64,000 nt of DNA from an uncultured Clostridia bacterium (lineage in GTDB: Bacteria > Bacillota > Clostridia > Christensenellales > UBA1242). The DNA lies in assembly GCA_934772445.1 (NCBI GenBank), contig CAKVMJ010000001.1:6727-70726 (forward strand), written 5' to 3'. Position numbers and translations under genes: made by a program. The notes under the pieces were generated by a model. That model did not search any database. It saw only the letters and a list, made by a program, of their open reading frames with translations, and was not told the DNA's origin. Below, piece after piece: positions 34,801 through 40,800 of this stretch. Position 1 is the stretch's first letter. Each line of letters begins with the position of its first letter.

Positions 34801-37800
34801 CAAAACATTTAATAGATAATATCCATTATTTAATAAGAAATATTGTCCGCCACTAATCATTTCTTTTAGATTGATATAGTTTTTAGAAATTGGTTCATAT
34901 AAGTAAACATTATCATCAACTTCAGTTAGATTTAATAATGGATGATTATATTCATCAAATCTATCTAAAATTTCAGTTCTCTTATAGTAACCTGTGATTG
35001 TAGCGAATTTATCAACCGCTTTACTCTTTTCAATTTCATCATCTAAAGCAACATAATTACCATTAAAGATAATATATTTACCATTTTGGTTATCTTCTTT
35101 AAATCCATAAATTTGTCTGAAGATATTTGTATCATCAGATGAATCCTCAGATGGATTTATTAACATTTGTAAACCATTTGAAGTACCATTTAACACTTCT
35201 AATGTGTTTTTCTCTCCATTAGTGGTTGAACCTGCTAATGCAACCTCTTTAATTTCCAATGGAACAACTTGAACTGAAACAGATGCAGATGTTGGATTAA
35301 TTACGCCAACTTTAGAAACTGTTGCAGTGATTTCAATCATTGTTACATTTTCAAATTTATCAAGATTTAGAATATTATTTGCTTCAAAGAAACTATTTAG
35401 GCAAACAAGATAATAATTTTTACCTTCTTCAAATATACCATTAAATCCATTATCACCATCATCAATATAATTACCATTATTCTTTTTAAATGAATTTAAA
35501 CCATTTTCATCAACAATCAATAATGTTTGATTATAATTTTCATTTGCATATCTAACAGAAACTTCAACAATACTATCGAAATTCTTAGCACTCCAGAAGA
35601 TTTGTTTGAAATCACCTGGTTGAATTTCTGTTTTATTATAGAATGATGAGCTATTATTGATATAAACATCAATTTCTGGCAATGGTTTAACTGTTAAAGG
35701 TTTAATCAAAGTTGAACCAACTTGAGTACCTTTACTATTATAAGCTTTAATTACAAGCTTAATTTCTCTCTCTGGATTTTCTAACTTATAATTTTCATCT
35801 AAGCTAAATCTTAAGAAGAATATATCATCAAATACAATCTTTTTATTAATCTCATATTCACTTGATGTTTTTTCTAGTTTTACAACTCCATTTTCATCAA
35901 TTGTAGTTAAGATTGGATAATATTCAATTGTATGATATAAATCCTCAACTGGGTCTTTTTGTAATTTAGCTCGAACCTGAGTTATATTCAAATATTTATA
36001 TAAATCTTTAGAAGTTTCATCTAATTCAACAGTTAAATAACTGCAGTTACTAAATTTCTCTGAAACCTGTACTTTTAATAATCCAGTATAGCCCGGAGAT
36101 AATGTAGTACCTGGATTCTCCGCAAACTTATCATCGCTATTTTCATTTTGAGAATAGAATGTTGCAGTAATCTTTTCAGGGTCTGCTGCTGCAATAACGA
36201 AATCATAAGTATCGTTAGCTAGAGGATTACTTTCAGCATAGAATTTAACTAAATATTTTAATTCATCAAGATTAAAACTTGTTGCATTCTCTTTATATCT
36301 ATCTTTATTAAATCTAAATGTTACATTATAATGAATGATAAATTCAGAACTTCCCTCAATCTTAGTAACAAATGCTTGGTTTTGTTCAATAACAACCAAA
36401 GATTTGTTTTCAATATTTTTATATCTTTCATCAAATGGAGCATTCTCTAAACTAACTAGAGAATCAACTTTTGTATATGTTTTATTAGTTGTATCGTAAT
36501 ACAAGAAATCAATGAATATTTTTTCATTAAGAATAGCTAAAGAATTAACATCTTCTGTACCATCAGCATTATAAACTTTAATTCCAGTTACGCCATCTTC
36601 TTTATCTATAATTGCAACATTTGCAGTTCTAACTTTAATATTAACTTCATCACTACCGCTTGGTTGAATTTGAGCATCTTCATTTTCAATTACAACTTGC
36701 TTAGCTTTAGCATCAACACTAAATGCATATTCTTTAGCAAGAGCATCAATTGTTTTAATATTCTTTCCGTTTGCAAGTTCGGATTTAATATTAATTTCTG
36801 TATCATCAGTTTTAATATATTTTGCATCAAAACTTGTGATACCACTAATATTTTCAAGGCTCAATACTGGAGTTATTTTCAAATAAACTTTGCCAGTTTT
36901 AGTTCCTTTAAATATTAAAGAAGATAAATTATTAATACAATCTATATATACAATGGAACCAATATTTAAGTCTGTTAGGATTTCGCCAGAATGAATTATT
37001 TGAATTTGACCATTTGTATAGCCATCACCTAATGTTTCTGCATCTAATATTTCTATAATAGCACCAATATTTTGGTTTGCTTTATATATAATTTCACCAG
37101 AAACACCAGCATTAAAGATATTTTCAGATTCTAACAAATAATTAGCTTCTTCATCAACATAAATTTGTTCGAAATTCTCAACACCAACAGACACTGCTGA
37201 AACTTCTTGTTTTTCAATATTAGTATTATATAATTTAACATTGCTTAAACCATCAACAACAACCAAATGAACCACTGTTCTAATTTCTGGATTAAATGTG
37301 TGATAGAAAGTTAAATCAACAACACCTGTTCCTAAAGTTTCAATTAAATTGCCTTTAATTTTTAAAATTTTATTATCAACATCTGAAGATTTGATTGAAA
37401 TTTCACCATTTAATAGCAATTCAACATAATTTGTTTTAATAGAACTTACACTGCCACCAAGATTGATATTAATTAATCTTGAGTAGTTATAATTTGTGGC
37501 ATTACTAAATATGCCATCAACGCCAATCAAATATTTATTATTAACAACATTTGTTAAACCATTATCATTACTATTATAGAAGATAACAATGTTTTTCTCT
37601 GTATCTAAACTATTAGATAATTCTATATATGCCCTATTATTAAATCTTAGATTATATAATGAAGCATAAAGATTTTCTGGCAAATAATCATACAATGGTA
37701 TCAATTTACCATTAAGTAATTTCAATATAATAGGTTGACCATCGTTTGCCTTCTCATTAACAAACCAATCACCAGCATTAACTGTTCCATCAGTAATATT

Positions 37801-40800
37801 AAATCCTGAGAAATCAAAATCTGCAACTTTTGGAATTGTACTTGTAACTGTATTTACTAATTCACTATTTGATAATGTGAAGAATTTATTTCCATTGATT
37901 ACAGCATAGAAATTCTTGGTAACTGCAACAGCATTAATATTTGCGATTTCATCATCGGTTTTATTAACAGTATCTAAACCACTAACTAAGCCATATTCTG
38001 AAGAAATATTTGCTTTTACATAAGAATTTTCAACCGAATATCTATTATTTACAGTTTCAGTTTTGATTGAGCCATCTTGATTATAGCTTTGCAATTCAAC
38101 AACATCTTTCCAAACACCAACCAAACCTGAAACTTTAGGCATATTTGCGTTTGTATAAATGCTTCCATCGAAATAAGTTTTTGAAAGATTCAAAGTTGTT
38201 TCAGCATAACCAATTAAACCACCAATTGCGATTTCTTCATCGTTCCAGCCTTCAAAATTCTTTCCATAGATATTACCAAAGAAGTTTACACCATCTAAAT
38301 TAGATGTATTAAATCCCCTAACATAAGTTGCATTAATAACAACCATATTAATAGAACTATTAACTCCTGTGGCATAACCAATCAAACCACCAACATTTTG
38401 ATTAGCGACAATAGCTGAAGCATCAATACCATTTGTGTCTATTTCAGAAATTAAATAAACTTTTGAATCATTTAATTTTAAATATCCGCGAACCGCACCA
38501 ACTATACCACCAACATTTTTCTTTGCTCTTAGATTTGGATATGAAACCAAATTTTCAAATACCATAGAACCATCGGCATAACCAACAATTCCACCAACAT
38601 TTGCATAGTTAAATTCACCATCTTCATCAACTACAACAATATTTGCACTTGAAGCTAAATCATATAATGAATTTGAAACTGATGACCTATAATCAGCATA
38701 GCCAACAATTCCGCCTACATTTATAGATTTTGTAACAACACCACTTTGTTTATTTGCTTGAATAAATATAGCAACATCGCTATTTACAGATGTGGTTGTA
38801 ATATTTGAAGTCTGTTCTGGTCTGCCACTAATAATAGCATTAACTACTGCATTTCCATTATTAATATCTGTTGAAATAGCCTTACCAACCATTCCACCAA
38901 TATTAATTTGTTTATAGTTATAATTTTCGTTTCCCCCAACAAAGTTATCTGACCAATTATTTGCATCAATATTTATAACGCCTTCAACTCTACAGTTTGT
39001 AATACTTGTTGAAGTTAAGCCTGCAATTCCGCCAATATTTAATGATTTAAAATCAATTTTACTTGCTAAAACAGAATTATCATTTTCATCAGCAATTTGT
39101 GTTACAATTTTTGGCAATTTAATATTTATATTCATATTAACGCTTAAATTTTTAACAATTGCATTTGTACTATCAATAAATGGCAATACAGCGATATTTA
39201 AGTTTTTACTATAAGATTCACCATTTATCAAATTAGATAATTGGTTATTCTTTATAGTATCAGCCATTTCCTTTTCGTTAATATCCCAAGCAACATTTAA
39301 TGTGCTATATCTGCTATATGAAGTACCATTATATACATAATCTAATTTACCATTCAATGAGAATGTTGATAAATCATTACCTTCATTATCTTTTGCAAAC
39401 ACACCACTAATCTCATTCCAATCAAGTCCGTTATTTTCAGAAAGAGTTAGGTTGTTTTTCAAAACATAATAATAGTTAGTTTTTGAAGCCAAATCCAAAT
39501 ACATTTGTTTTAAATCGTTTATCTTTGAAATTTCAAATGCAGTTTCTTCAGATTTACCATCAGCCACTTTAACTCTTAAAACAATTTTAGTTGAAGCATC
39601 AACAGTGTTTCCAATTTGATACATACTATTTTCTGTTTGAATAGTTAAATAAGCAACACCAGCATTTTTAGGAACTATCTTAATTCTATTTGCATCAATG
39701 CTTCCATCTTCATTAACACCCTCAACTTCAAATACTTCGTTATCAAAGTTGCTAAGAATTATTCTATCTTTAAATACAACAACTGGTTCTGTTCTAAATT
39801 CAAGCTCGAATGAACTTGCAAAATTATCTCTCTTTTCGATATAAACGCCTGTTTCATCAACATTAGATAAGATAATATTTTCAATCTTATTTGCTCTTTC
39901 AATCTTTAAATTAACAAATTCAGCACCAACTAGTAATCCAAATTGTTCAACTGAAACTCTAAATTTAATATTTAAAGCGTTTGGATAAATCCAGTTATTT
40001 AATATTTCTTCAACATCTAAAGCAGTTAATTTATAATCTGTTAAATGGTTAATGCTTAGCCATTTATTAGCTATCATTTTTAATCCACTAACACCCTCTT
40101 CACTACCATCATAGCCGATTAATGAATAGAAATCCACTAAACGAACAGTTAATGAATTTTCATCAAATGTTGCAATATCCGAAAGCTTAACTCTTAAAAC
40201 ATTATTGTTCGAGAATTTAATTTCTCTTACAACAAGATTATTGAAGTAATCAACTCCATAATCGCTTTCAAATAAATACTTAAATTCAACACCAAGTTTT
40301 GATGAGGTTCTTAAACCACCCATTTCTGCAATTGATGGTTCAACACTATATTTTAATTGGTAGGTTGAATATTCATCAGCCTTATTTAAACCAACAGAAT
40401 TATAATCATAAATAACTGGTTCAACTTGGCTATTTATTGTAAATTTACTTAAAGGTTTGAAGCACCAAACTCTAACACTTTGTGAGTACTTTACAAGCTC
40501 ATACTTACCTTCTTCTTCATTCCATCTATAGCCAGAATAAGAGAAAGTTATAATAGCTGGTTCTGTAACGCTTGTAACAGCACCCGTGGTTACTATCTCA
40601 CCATTTTCCCAACTTAAATATTCAGAACCATGAATAGAAACTGAGCAATAATCAGTTATATCTAATCTTCTAGCCACTCTATTACCTAGAGCATCAACTG
40701 TTAGTATGTAATTATATAGTTTTAATCCAATTCTTGTTGGAGTTGATGAATTTTTATCATTAACTCTAACAACTAAATTTGAAATAGTTGAATATGAAAT

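Noticed and set aside
19130-39045. Regularly spaced short DNA repeats that might be mistaken for a CRISPR array or minisatellite.
   Set aside because: The periodic words are the coding sequence of V-G-G-x-x-G repeats inside an intact reading frame. Spacing is irregular (about 40-80 codons), there are no conserved 25-40-nt repeats with unique spacers, and there are no cas genes.
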